A stretch of DNA of 64,000 nucleotides from Heteronotia binoei (Eukaryota). The notes beneath the pieces were generated by a model. It saw only the letters and a list, made by a program, of their open reading frames with translations. It was not told where the DNA came from and searched no databases. A program made the translations under genes and the position numbers. Of the stretch, positions 46,509 through 57,627 are shown in pieces; positions within the stretch are counted from its first letter, which is position 1; the number at the start of each line of letters is the position of its first letter. The DNA lies in NCBI RefSeq assembly GCF_032191835.1, contig NC_083228.1, forward strand, positions 79,670,001 through 79,734,000. Reading direction: 5' to 3'.

Positions 46509-48643
46509 TAGGGGTGTGCATTCGGTTCGACCGAACCGTATATACAGCCGAATCAACACTGATTCGGCTGTATACGGAATTGGCCGTAGCCGATTCTCAT
46601 TGCCGCCTACTATGCGGCAGCCGAATACGGCTCGCCGTATACTGCCGAATAGCTATTCGGAAGTATACGGCTGTCAATTGAGAAGGCGGGAAAGTAGCTT
46701 CTGCAGCCTCAGTGGAGCTGCTTGCCTACTTTCCTGCCTTTAGTGGCCTCTTCCTGCCTCTCCCATAGCCTCCCTGGGATCAGGGAGGGGGGGGGGGAAG
46801 AAAAGCCCCAGCAGCCAATCCAAAGCATGCATTTGCAAAATGCATTGCAAATGCATGCTTTGCAGGGCTGTTGTGTAGCTGATGGCCCAGCCATCAGCTA
46901 CATTGTTGTTATTTTGATCTTTTGCTTCCTTGGGTATCCAAGTAAGCACTGTTGTCTGGCCAATCAGAGAGCAGTGCTATTTTTTGAAATTGCTCTCTGT
47001 AGGGCCAGAGAACCTTTTTAAGGAGTCTTCCTGGCTGGACTCCTCCACTGCTGTGTTGGTGTATGTGGGTTGGTGGTGTGAGAGAGATTGTGCTGCTGCT
47101 GGCTGGCCCTTGGCTTCAGCTGCTGCCTGCTGCTCTCTCACTCGGCCTTACCAGACTTCCCTGGAGTAGAGAAGACAAGGTAAGCCAGTTTTGGGGTTCT
47201 TGTTTTAGTTTTTGTTGGTAAAAGGACTAGAGTCTCTTTACTTGCCCAGATTTGGGTGGGTGAGTACTGGGTGGGTAGCCTATTTGGGATTGGGGTTAGG
47301 TTCTGCTGGGGGTGGGGGCCTGGGGTGGGGGGGTTGCTAATTTGCCCATATCTTAATTTAGTGAGAGGACTTTTAAAAGTGCAGTGTCCTTTTACTTCTC
47401 CTGATTTGGGTGGCTTGGATTTCTTGGGGTTAGGGTGAAGGGGTTTTTTTTTGGGGGGGGGGGTTGGCAAAGTTCCTGTATTGTTAAAAGTTGAGGTTTT
47501 TTTACTGTTTTAAAAGTATTCAGTGTTTGATTTGTTGCTGCTGTGTTGTGCTGCTGCTGTTACTTTTATCTTCAGGTTATTGGGGGGGGGTGCTGTTTGG
47601 CCTAATGTTCATTGTTTAAAAGGCCACTTTTGTCCCCCTTTTACTGGTTCTGGTTTTAGGGGTGGGGGTGTTGTTGTTGACTGATTTGGCCTGAGTTTTC
47701 TTATTGGTGAAAGGCCACTTTTTAAACACTTGAGTTGCTTGGCCTTTTTTCCTGTTGTCCCTTTTCCTTGTTTGGGGGTGGGGGACTGGGGGTGGGGGTG
47801 TTGTTGACTTATTTGGCCTGAGCTTTCTTGTTGGTGAAAAGGCCACTTTTTAACACTTGGCCTTTTGTGATTCTGCTGGGTTTTTTTTTTTTTTTAATTA
47901 CCTCTGGTTGGCGAGGGTGTGTGTGGGCTGGGTAACTTTCTTGTTTTTATAGAGTAGATTGTGAATTCTGTGGCAGGAACGCTGGCACCTGGGTGAGAGA
48001 CCCAGAACCAGCAGGCTTGTTGTGGTTGGCCAGCTCTCCCCGTGTTGTTTGGGGCAGGGCTGGAGAGCTGGCATCTGTAGATTGTGTGTTCTGTGGCAGG
48101 GAAACTGGCACCTGGGTGAGAGACCCAGAACCAGCAGGCTTGTTGTGGTTGGCCAGCTCTCCCCGTGTTGTTTGGGGGCAGGGCTGGAGAGCTGGCATCT
48201 GGGTTTGCTGCAGCCAGGTCTGCCTCAAAACCCCTGCCCTCTCCAGTAGCCTCTAATTATGCCCTATGTTGCCATTGATGTCAATGGCCCATAGGGTATA
48301 ATGATGGAATAGGGGCACCCTCTTTGGGTGCCCCTGGAATGGGATCCCCTGGCCCAATCTTTTTGGGACTTGGGGGGGTTGGAGGGGAGAGTCCCCTGCA
48401 AATTTGGGGGCTCTCCCTCAAACCCCCTCCTTTCCAGGCGGCTTCAAATATACCCTATTTGCCATTGATTTCAATGGCCCATAGGGTATAATAGGGCCGT
48501 ATATTCGGAAATAGCCGCGCATCTACCGTATATGCGGCTATTCCGAATGCGGTATTCAGCAGTATACGGGGATTCCGAATTTTTTTCCCCCGTATACTTC
48601 CGAATCCGTGTAATGTCGAATTTTTTTTTTTTGCACACCCCTA
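46509..48643. mobile_element. 2.1-kb non-autonomous hAT element nested in the retroposed element
   Basis: TIR TAGGGGTGTGCA / TGCACACCCCTA; 8-bp TSD gtcgatac (46501..46508) / gtcaatac (48644..48651); CCGAA/TATACGG subterminal repeats; no transposase ORF. Confidence 0.88.
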
Positions 48644-50269
48644 GTCAATACCTCTAATTTCCCTGTGAATGAGGCTGTGAAAAGCTAAAGAACATCTCTA
48701 AGTACTGGAAACAATTTGAATTAATCTGAATATGAATACTTAAATTGACCCAGATCATAATTGGATATTTGTTAAAGAGACTATTATTCGGCTGCAATAC
48801 AGTCTGAACAAAATGAGATACTTGTTAGAGGGATTTCTCCTTGTCGTCTGATTTGAAATTCATACGCTAACATTTAAAATTCCAGTTGGAGGAGATTGGA
48901 AAGGATGGACTATCTGGGACTCTGAGCTACTTTTCAACCGGGATTAATGGACTGAGTTTGCTGACAGAGAAAAATGGTTTTGCTAAGCAAAATTTTTCAC
49001 AAAAAGGATATTTTAAGCAGTTTGAAGTCTCTGAGGCAAGACCTTGGTTTATTAACAGAGGTGGTTAAGAAGCAAATGGGAGCTTTTGTGCTGAAAGCTA
49101 GTGAAATCTCAAATCTACATGAGCAGAGTGCTAAAGAGAACCTGGTGATGTCCATGGAACTGAAATGGGAGAGCGACTTGTTGGGAAACGAACAAATGAA
49201 AATCAAAATGGAACCCTATGGTGTAATTAAAAAAGAAGACTGGAAATGGAGACTGATTCAAGTTATGTCAAAAGGAACAAAGGCTGTTTTCCCACTTTCT
49301 TCAAGAAGGATGACTGCATTAAGAAGTAAGAAGATGCATTTTAACCAGAAAATCATGATGTGGAAATCTTTCAGAAAGAAGAGCCACCTGAACTAGATTT
49401 TTCTCTGTGGATAGTTGGATATGGGCTTTGTAAGAAAATCTGATATGTGATATTAGAAGACTAAGTGAGATTCCTTTTTTGGTGGGTGGGGCTACAATAA
49501 GTTGTCTTGTCTAAAATAATATGGATATAAAAGCTAAAGGACTAAAAAATCTTTGAAAAGAATTTTATGTAAAAATCGTTAATCTAGATTAATTTTTAAG
49601 AAGGCAGAGAGCGTGATTATTTGATAAATTGGTGAACTTGTCTTTAACAGAAAATGATATTAGCTTTTTATGTTTGTTATTGATATGGGTAATCCTACAA
49701 GTTAATCTATTGGTCACAGACTGTATTAAGGATAGAGAAGGTGCATTAGTTACAAATCAGAAGATAAGATTTCTTTTTAGTAAGAAGGGTTTCTTGAAAT
49801 GTCCTTATCTTGGTGGGTAGTTGGATATGGAACTCTCAATAAAAACAGGCATGTGATTTTTATTTTTGGGTTATAATAAGTTTTTTCTAGCCCAATAGGG
49901 ATATGAGAGTTGGATTAATTGTTAAAAAGGCAGACAGCACAGTTACGTAAACTAGCAGATTTGTTTTTAGTATGTCTCCCAGGAGAAACTGTTTAAAAAA
50001 CTATGTTGTATTTTTCTTTTAGCTTCTTAAGGATAAAGATCTGAATTTTTTGTGTCTATGTTAATGAGGATAGTGTTAAACTAACAAACTAGTCTGTGTT
50101 TTCAACATGGTTAAGCCAAAGCAGCTAGTTCCGTGTTGAGATTGCTCTGATTTGTTTATACTTACATGTGTTGAAGAAGAATTGTTTAGACTTGTATTGC
50201 AAATAACAGTTTAGTAAAAATGTTTTATAATGAAAGATAAAGATGGTAAAATATATGGAGAACTATATA

Positions 50270-50873
50270 CCGCATTTTTCGGTCCATAAGACGCTCCGGA
50301 CCATAGGACGCACCTTCCTCCTGGGGGGCGATCCGGTGCCTCCGCCTCCGATCCCGGCGCTTCCCCCGCGCCTGCCTGCCTGGCTCCAGCTCTACTTCCA
50401 GCAAGTGCTGGGATCGCTCCACGCTGCCCCCACCGCAAACCCAGCGCTTCGCGAGCGCCGGCTGCGGAGGGGGCGGCGTGCTTCCTCCGTGCCTGTCTGC
50501 CTGGCTCCAGCTCTGATGCTTAAAGCAAGCGCCGGGATCGGTGGGCAGAGGGAGCGATCCTGGCGCTTGCTGTAAGCATCAGAGCTATAGCCAGGCAGAA
50601 AGGCACGGAGGAAGCACGCTGTCCCCTCTGCAGTCGGCAAAACGCTGGGTTTGCGGTGGGGGGGCAGCATGGAGCGATCCCAGCGCTTTCTGGAAGCAGA
50701 GCTGGAGCCAGGCAGGCAGGCGCGGGGGAAGTGCCGGGATCGGAGGCGGAGGCAGCGGATCCCCCCCCCCCCGGAGGAAGGTATGTCCTATCGTCCCTTC
50801 GCTCCATAAGACGCACACACTCCCCCCCACTTTTTTTTGGGGGAAAGTGCATCTTATGGTCCGAAAAATACGG
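50270..50873. mobile_element. Tc1/mariner-superfamily (Tc2/pogo-like) MITE, almost fully palindromic
   Basis: TA TSD at 50268..50269 and 50874..50875; ~27-bp TIR CCG(C/T)ATTTTTCGG(T/A)CCATAAGA(C/T)GC. Confidence 0.9.
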
Positions 50874-51493
50874 TACTTATGGGTAGAATGAATTGGATAT
50901 TTTATTTGGCGGTAGAATTAAAACTGATATATTTGTATTTTTCTTTTTTTCCTGCTTTTCTCATTCTGTATATGCCCTCCCCCCCTTTTTTTGTATCTAT
51001 GCTTATGCTTCTTTCTTTTGTAGTTAAAACCAATAAAAATTATAAAATCTGATAAAAAATGGACCTGGGGAGAGGGAATGAAAACTTACTTGTTCTGGTT
51101 AACAGGACATTTAAATTTTCACAACTGGACAAATAGTGCCCATAGAGTTATTTTAGGTTGGATAAAGGGCATGGGGAAGGAAAAACTCCCTCTTTTGATC
51201 CTGCTGTCTCAGTCTGAACTAGGCCCTCATGAACTTTGTAAGAGACTTAAAAAACACCAACACAAATGCTGGAAGCTCCTGAAACAGAGCACCCAGGGCA
51301 GTGAATATTGAGTAATGTCACACTTTTCAATACAGGGATTATTGAGATTATTTATATTTCTGTGTTCTTTGCAAAGAATATCCCTTAAGGCATCCTGATC
51401 TATTTGGTATGCTATTGCTAACTATATAACTTGGAAGAGTAAATCTAAGTCCACCCATAATTACTGCTTTATTGTGATTCCTTAGGTTCTTAC

Positions 51494-51567
51494 TTTTCTC
51501 AGTAATTAATGGAATTTTCTTCACTATTGCTGTCAAGAGCTGCTGGAGGTTGTCTAAATATTCTGTC
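51494..51567 (-). CDS. YEATS2: YEATS2 exon TEYLDNLQQLLTAIVKKIPLITEK
   Basis: ttacag acceptor and gtaaga donor; 74 nt. Confidence 0.95.
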
Positions 51568-52788
51568 CTGTAAAGAATGAGGAATTAGTGCTTTTGTAGA
51601 GTGATTTATCACATGCATATACAGAAAGCAAGCATGCACACACATTGCCAGCAAGAGACCTTTCTACATCCATGTCTGGTTAATGAAACTCAAACACATG
51701 AAGGACAACCATAACATGCCTTGCTTTTGCAGATCGTTGTAAGACAAAGGTAATTTATGCATGGGTTATTTCTCCAACTTGAATGCTTTATGGAAGTGCT
51801 TTTTTCCCTCTTGTTTTCCCACAGCACTGTGGTACATTTGTGCACCTCTCAGGTTTTCTCTGATCCTTCTCAAACCTGCTTTGCTCTACTGTTTTGGGAA
51901 AGATCATTGTAATGCCTGGATGCCTGCTGAATGGTAGGAAAATTTTGATTTTCCTGCACACATAATAGCCATTTCCCTTTCCCCCCATTGTAGTAGTTTC
52001 CTCCCCTTGCTATTGTGAGGCTTTAAAAAAAAAAAAAACTAGTATATTGCACTAGAATACTGTTATATCAGTATATGAAACGGTGTGTACCAGATTCTCT
52101 GAATGGTCACCTTTCATTTAAAAAACAGTCTCTAGCCTATTTCCTCTGGATATAGGCATATCTTTATAAGGGAAGGTGCTAAAGTCTTACTTTTATAAAA
52201 ATTAAATCTGGAAATTCAGAGAAAATACGTATAGATATTTCAGTGTCCATTTTTTTAAAAACTGCAAAAGCCCAGTGACCCAGGCAGCGGGGGGCATTTC
52301 TGGGGGACTGGGGCAGGGAAACTGTGCAGAAATCTGCCATGTAGAAGCCCCATTGCTGCAGTGTTTTATCTGCAGCCACATCAGCAAATAAAACATATAC
52401 ATATAAAACAGCTACCATATACATGATCCAGGTAAACAGGATGACCTGCTTTAATGCCTTGTTTTGACACCTGTATGAAATAACCTGCCAGCACCACGCC
52501 TGCAAACAGCTGACACAGAAACTGCAAGTTAAACAGCATATTATTAGCGGGTCTTTTCAGATTTTTGCCTCTGCTCTGAAGGACAGGATATCTGATAACA
52601 TTATCTACTGACCAAGGGTCTAAATGAAGAAACATTCTGAGCGGTCACATTTTGGACTAAATGCAGGTCATTTCTTCAGGAAAGAAATTTCATTTTATGC
52701 CAACAGGGCTTATTGTATTAGCAGGAATAAGGAGTCTCTAAGCTCAGGGGTGGCCAAATTTGCTCAATGTAAGAATGCATAGAATTAC

Positions 52789-52900
52789 CTGATGATGTAA
52801 TTTCCAAGTTCAGAGCTCTCCTCAGCTTTCACTGTCACCTGACCATCTTGGGAGACCACAGAACTGCAGCTCTGTCCTGCAGAATCAGGCTCCTGCTTAA
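52789..52900 (-). CDS. YEATS2: YEATS2 exon (V)KQEPDSAGQSCSSVVSQDGQVTVKAEESSELGNYII(R)
   Basis: cttctgaag acceptor and gtaatt donor; 112 nt; matches recalled human VKTEPETPGPSCLSQEGQTAVKTEESSELGNYVIK. Confidence 0.9.
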
Positions 52901-54404
52901 CTTCAGAAGACAATTAATAGTTAGAAAAAGTCTACCAGGAATCATGAAGCCTACTTGACAGAGAAAAGCAACTCTGAGTTAGCCTACCCCTCCAGTTGAT
53001 TAGGAAAGGATTCAAAATGAAGTGAGGTTTTATACATATTTAAAGGTCCAGAATGGGATGTGGTACTAAAAGGTTTACAAAAATTACTTTTTCCAAGGAT
53101 TGCTTTAATAAGCAACCATAACATTTGCTCTTGTCCTGGAAACAGGTGTAAAACTGGACAAATGACTAAAACAGTTTTAAAACTTCTGAACTTTCCTTTA
53201 AAGCCTCCATCCAAGGCTGCTTCCACTTGAGGATTTTATCTCCTCAAACCAGCAGGCAGCCCTTGTCAGGCAGGTTTCTCCCTTTAAACTAGATAAAAAA
53301 TAAACCTTCAATCAATCAATCAAGTTCAAAGAGAAGCCATGGGGTGGCTGCAGGTGGAACATTCAAATGGACATTCCACCTGCAGCCACTACAGCAAGAA
53401 GGGTGGCAATGGAGCTAAGCTCTGCATTCAAAATGGTGCAAACCCAAGCCACCCCACCCTTTCAGCCCTTCAAAAGGCATGCCTCCTTTAAAGAGAAAGT
53501 GTGGGGTTTCAGCTGCAAGGAGGCTTGGTGCAATCAATGTGCTTTTACACAGGTATGAAAGGAGTGGGGGTGGGAGCAGCAAGCAGAACAAGAATGAGTG
53601 TGCATGGCTCCCATTCTTGCCCATTCCTACCCCATTTTGTTGCTGCACCTGGAAGGGTACCTTTTTGTGCCTGTGTAGATACAGCCTAAATCACAGAAAG
53701 AAGACTGAAAATAAGAGGGCTGGGTGTTATGATGAATGGCAGCATGTAGGGTATGGGGGAATTTTCTCTTGGGGCACAATCTCTCACACAAGCACATTTC
53801 TATCCTATTCTTTTAGAAAACACACATACTGCTAATTAAAACCTCATTAGCAGTATGTTTGGGCTTCCAGGCAATTGGAATTCCAAAACTGGAAACATGG
53901 CTAGATAGCTGCTTTTTCTGTGTTTGACAATTACTTTTTAAATTCTTGGCAGAGGGTTTTAGTTCATACATTTTTTAGTGTATATATATTTAGTTTATAG
54001 GTTTTGCTGTAATTAGTGCTGCTAAAAACCATTCTTTGTTGAATCAATTTTAGGACAAATGAACACACAGAAAACAACCCCCACCTCCAATAATCTATTT
54101 ATTGTGTGTATAGCAGTCTCTATATTTAGTAAACTCTAACAGAGGAACAAGACCACAGAGGAACAAACTCTTGTGCATATCCTGCTGTAGAGTCTTTAGA
54201 AGATTTATCTGTTCGCACATCACACAACCTTTATTGGAGATTTATCTGTTACCTGGGCCCTTCTGACAGAATGGCACATTGGGGTGTGTTCAATCACAGC
54301 TAGGGACCAGTAATGAATCACTTTGTCACAGCAGTAGACATTCCACAATCATCACCTCCCCCAAAGCCTCAAAGAGGTTTGATAACAACAACAAACAATT
54401 TTAC

Positions 54405-54503
54405 CTTTAGCAACTGGTACCATAGAAGGGCTGGAAACTACTGAGGTAGCGGAAGTCACAGGTGTGACAGAAGACACTTTGCTGGAAGAAAGTGACTGTA
54501 TCA
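54405..54503 (-). CDS. YEATS2: YEATS2 exon (V)IQSLSSSKVSSVTPVTSATSVVSSPSMVPVAK
   Basis: ccctccag acceptor and gtaaaa donor; 99 nt; phase 1 to phase 1. Confidence 0.9.
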
Positions 54504-55137
54504 CTGGAGGGAAGGAAAAGAAGAAAACTGGAAACATGGCCAGATAGTTGCTTTTTCTGTGTTTGACAATTACTTTTTAAATTCTTGGCAGAGGGTTTTA
54601 GTTTATACATTTTTTAGTTTATATATTTAGTTTATAGGTTTTTATGCCATCTCTCCAGAATCCCGCTCAAGGATGCTTTGCAAATGTCATGCTTCTGTCA
54701 TGAAAGAGTTAAACTGTTGTTTGTGTATGCTAATATTAGCTAGCTAGCTTGGAACCAATAAGGTGTTAGGCACACCAGAGAATGGGAGGTATTATTCCTA
54801 ATTATGTGAGCTTGGGAAAGGATGCTTCATGCTGTTTGTCATGTACACAGGAAGTAAAGTTTTGGGGATAAACCTCCTCTCCTTTGTTCTCTCATTCTGA
54901 CCACATCTCCCCATGAAGAAGACATGATGGAATGAGTTCTAGGAAAGATCAGTTAGGCTGTTTATTTTCTTCCATGTAACACTTCCCTAGTTTTCTTTTT
55001 TTTTTGTAAACTTTTTATTAGATGCTAATCACACACATCTGTGCTTAATTATTTCGCTGTGCAACATTACTCTGCTAAGCATATACAATAACTGAAGAAT
55101 GAAAATCAATGGAAAATGATCACAAGAAGTTTACAAG

Positions 55138-55365
55138 TGCCCTGAGCTGGATAGCCCAAACAAGCCCAGTCTTGTCAGATCTTGGAAGCTAAGCAGGGCC
55201 AACCCTGGCAAATACTTGGAAGGGAGATCTCCAAGGAATACCAGGGCTGGAACACAGAGGCAGGCAATATCTAGTCACCTCTCTGAAAACATCCTAGCCC
55301 TACTAGGGTTTGCCAGAAGAAACTATGACTTCCAGGCACGTAAACACACACAAATACTAAAAAAA
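55138..55365 (+). mobile_element. 5S rRNA-derived SINE (5S-Sauria-like)
   Basis: tcagatcttggaagctaagcagggccaaccctggcaaatacttggaagggagatctccaaggaatacc 5S-like head; CA/A-rich tail. Confidence 0.78.
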
Positions 55366-55590
55366 GAGGTTTACATATAATATCATCATAAATTATCTAT
55401 ATAAAACCAGAACAAGCCGGGACAAAACAAGCCAAGCAACAGTTACACACTACTCAGAACAGAATATAAAACCAGTCTATGGCCTTTTTAAAACCTGGTT
55501 TACTCAGTATTAATGAAGTGCAATATGTACCACATAATACCAAGTCAAAAGCATTCATGCACACAGTCGCTGTGTCATACTGCATTTTAC

Positions 55591-55722
55591 CTTTGTTCAC
55601 AGGCATCAGTATAGTCTGAACTCCTCCAGAAGCAGCACTCACACCCAATTGTTTGAGTTGGCTAGGCACTGTCAAAACAGCCTGCTGTGAGCTGTTTTGG
55701 CCGGAATGGATTTTTAACAACC
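55591..55722 (-). CDS. YEATS2: YEATS2 exon (G)LLKIHSGQNSSQQAVLTVPSQLKQLGVSAASGGVQTILMPVNK
   Basis: ttttag acceptor and gtaaaa donor; 132 nt; conserved GGVQTILMPVNK. Confidence 0.95.
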
Positions 55723-56559
55723 CTAAAATGGAAGTAGTATTTTTAAGAAGTTCTTCAAGGTTATGAACTCATTAGCCCTGTGAACTACAGTCACCTCTCC
55801 AAAAAAAGTAGCATTGGAATATGGTAATCAAATCAGGACCACAGGTCAAAAGATCACCAGTAGCAAAAGACCAACAATAGTATCAATTGAAGCTCTCAGA
55901 TACATTTTATGCCACTGACTCTTTTGTATACACTACAAGGACAACCCCCTTCGAATTTGTCCAAGTGCACTGGCTACTTAACTGATAATAATGCTAATAA
56001 TCAAACACTGAAGTCCACTGGTAAGACCTTCACAGGGATTTTAAAGAATGCAAACAAATCAAGCAGAATCTTCAATCCTATTAAAGATGAGCCCTTTACT
56101 TTTATACCTAGTTCATATTCAAATTATAAATCCACATAAATTCCTCTCTGACTGTGTCACAAGTGGCTGTAACTAATGTGAACACCTTCACTCTTACAAT
56201 ATGAATTGTTCTGGTTCAACTAATCAACTGTGCATCCACCAACTCATTTTGGTGCCAAGTTATAGCAGTAGCTGTATCTGAACCAATGTATCGCAAGGGT
56301 ACAGATGTCTGCCTTTCCACAGTCACAACTGGAGACATGTTTATTGTTGGTAGATTTATTTTACTTTACACATTCTGCCTTCCCCTCAATGGGGACCACA
56401 TTCCTGAGAAGGCTCACACTGTTCTCCTTACCTCCATTTTATTTACAGACCAACCCTGTGAGGCTTCACAGGCTGAAGCTGACATGTGTAAAGGTGCTAT
56501 TCTAAAATACATCTCCCATCTGTCATTCCCTGAACGTCTCCGGAAAGATTATACTAAAC

Positions 56560-57627
56560 CAGGGGTGTCAAACATGCGGCCCGGGGGCCGAATCAGGTCC
56601 CCAGAGAGCTTCTATCAGGCTGTCATCTGCTTCCTTCTCCCTCTCTCTTGCTTCCTTCTGCATAACAGCTTGGTTTTCAAGGCATGCTCAATTGCACAGG
56701 AACTATAGAGCAAAGTCGCTATTTTCTCCATTGGCCGAAGCTCCTCATTCAGGAGGGAGGAGGGAGGGAGAGCTTGCTTTGTCAGGCTCTCTCAATTGCA
56801 CAGCAGAGCTATTGAGCCGAGCCTCTTTCTTCTGTTGGCTGAGGCTCCCCCACTCCTGGTCCCCTGGGGAAGGAAGGAAAGAGCCAGCGCTTCCTTTGCC
56901 CAGTTCCCTGGATCCCATGGGAGAGATACAAAGAAAGCACCTTTAAGAACAATGAGTGCTGATAACAGCAGCGAAAATTGCCATGGTGAAGTTATGGAAG
57001 AATGCTGACATACCCTCCAAAGAATTATTTGAAAAATTTGTTGGAAGTAGCAGAAATGGATCCTCTTTCAACCACACTGAGTGGAGGGGATACCCAGAGA
57101 ACAAAGACATTTGGTCACTGTTCTATAGTTGGTTTCAAACAAATATAGGTATCTCGACTTGAATGACAGGCTACTCTCGTACCATAAATGAATGGACACG
57201 CTGAATGAATACAGTGATATGTACATTACTCATGGACATTTTGCTGTACTTATTTTATTGCAATTATCTTTGTTATATATCTGTAGAGCTGGATGATGAA
57301 AATCCAAGTGAGCTATGTAATCTAGAAACTTTTTTCCCCTTCTCTTTTCCTCCCTTTTCCTTCCCCTCCCTCCTCAGACCCTTTGGAAAACTCAATAAAA
57401 TCTGTAAAAGAAAAAGAAAAAAAAGACCAATGACTGCTAATGTTTTAAGCATGTTTTATTTTAAGGGTTTTTTTTTTAAAAAAATCTTTAATTATGCCTG
57501 TCTGTGTCCTTTATAAAGTTTATATCTCTGCTACCTAATCTTAAATAGGTACACACATGGCCTGGCCCAACAAGGTCTCATTTATGTCAGATCTAGGCCC
57601 TCAAAGCAAATGAGTTTGACACCCCTG
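56560..57627 (+). mobile_element. hAT-type MITE (CAGGGGTGTCAAAC) carrying a nested L1 fragment
   Basis: caggggtgtcaaac / gtttgacacccctg termini; homologous to the 18183 copy. Confidence 0.85.
56956..57422 (+). mobile_element. 5'-truncated L1/Tx1-clade LINE 3' end
   Basis: ITAAKIAMVKLWKNADIPS then LLEVAEMD in a shifted frame (L1 ORF2 C-terminus); AATAAA and poly(A); 11-bp TSD aaga(a/c)caatga at a TTT/AA site. Confidence 0.8.

Larger units (their letters stand above)
46122..51052 (+). mobile_element. L1-machinery retroposed, apparently RT-less element (about 2.2 kb once nested MITEs are removed)
   Basis: 17-bp TSD AAAAAATGGACCTGGGG at 46105..46121 and 51054..51070, preceded by TTT (L1 EN site); CpG-rich GTTTCCGG 5' end; AATAAA near 51032. 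Confidence 0.75.

Noticed and set aside
47138-48256. Pro/Lys-rich and repeat-containing ORFs
   Set aside because: Arise from G/T-skewed and tandem-duplicated MITE interior.
46520-48620. CRISPR-like or bacterial insert suggested by CpG-rich short repeats
   Set aside because: The repeats are irregular hAT subterminal motifs inside TIRs with a TSD; there is no repeat-spacer periodicity or prokaryotic ORF.
50211-50891. Cluster of overlapping ORFs on both strands
   Set aside because: Artefact of the GC-rich palindromic MITE; no transposase motifs.
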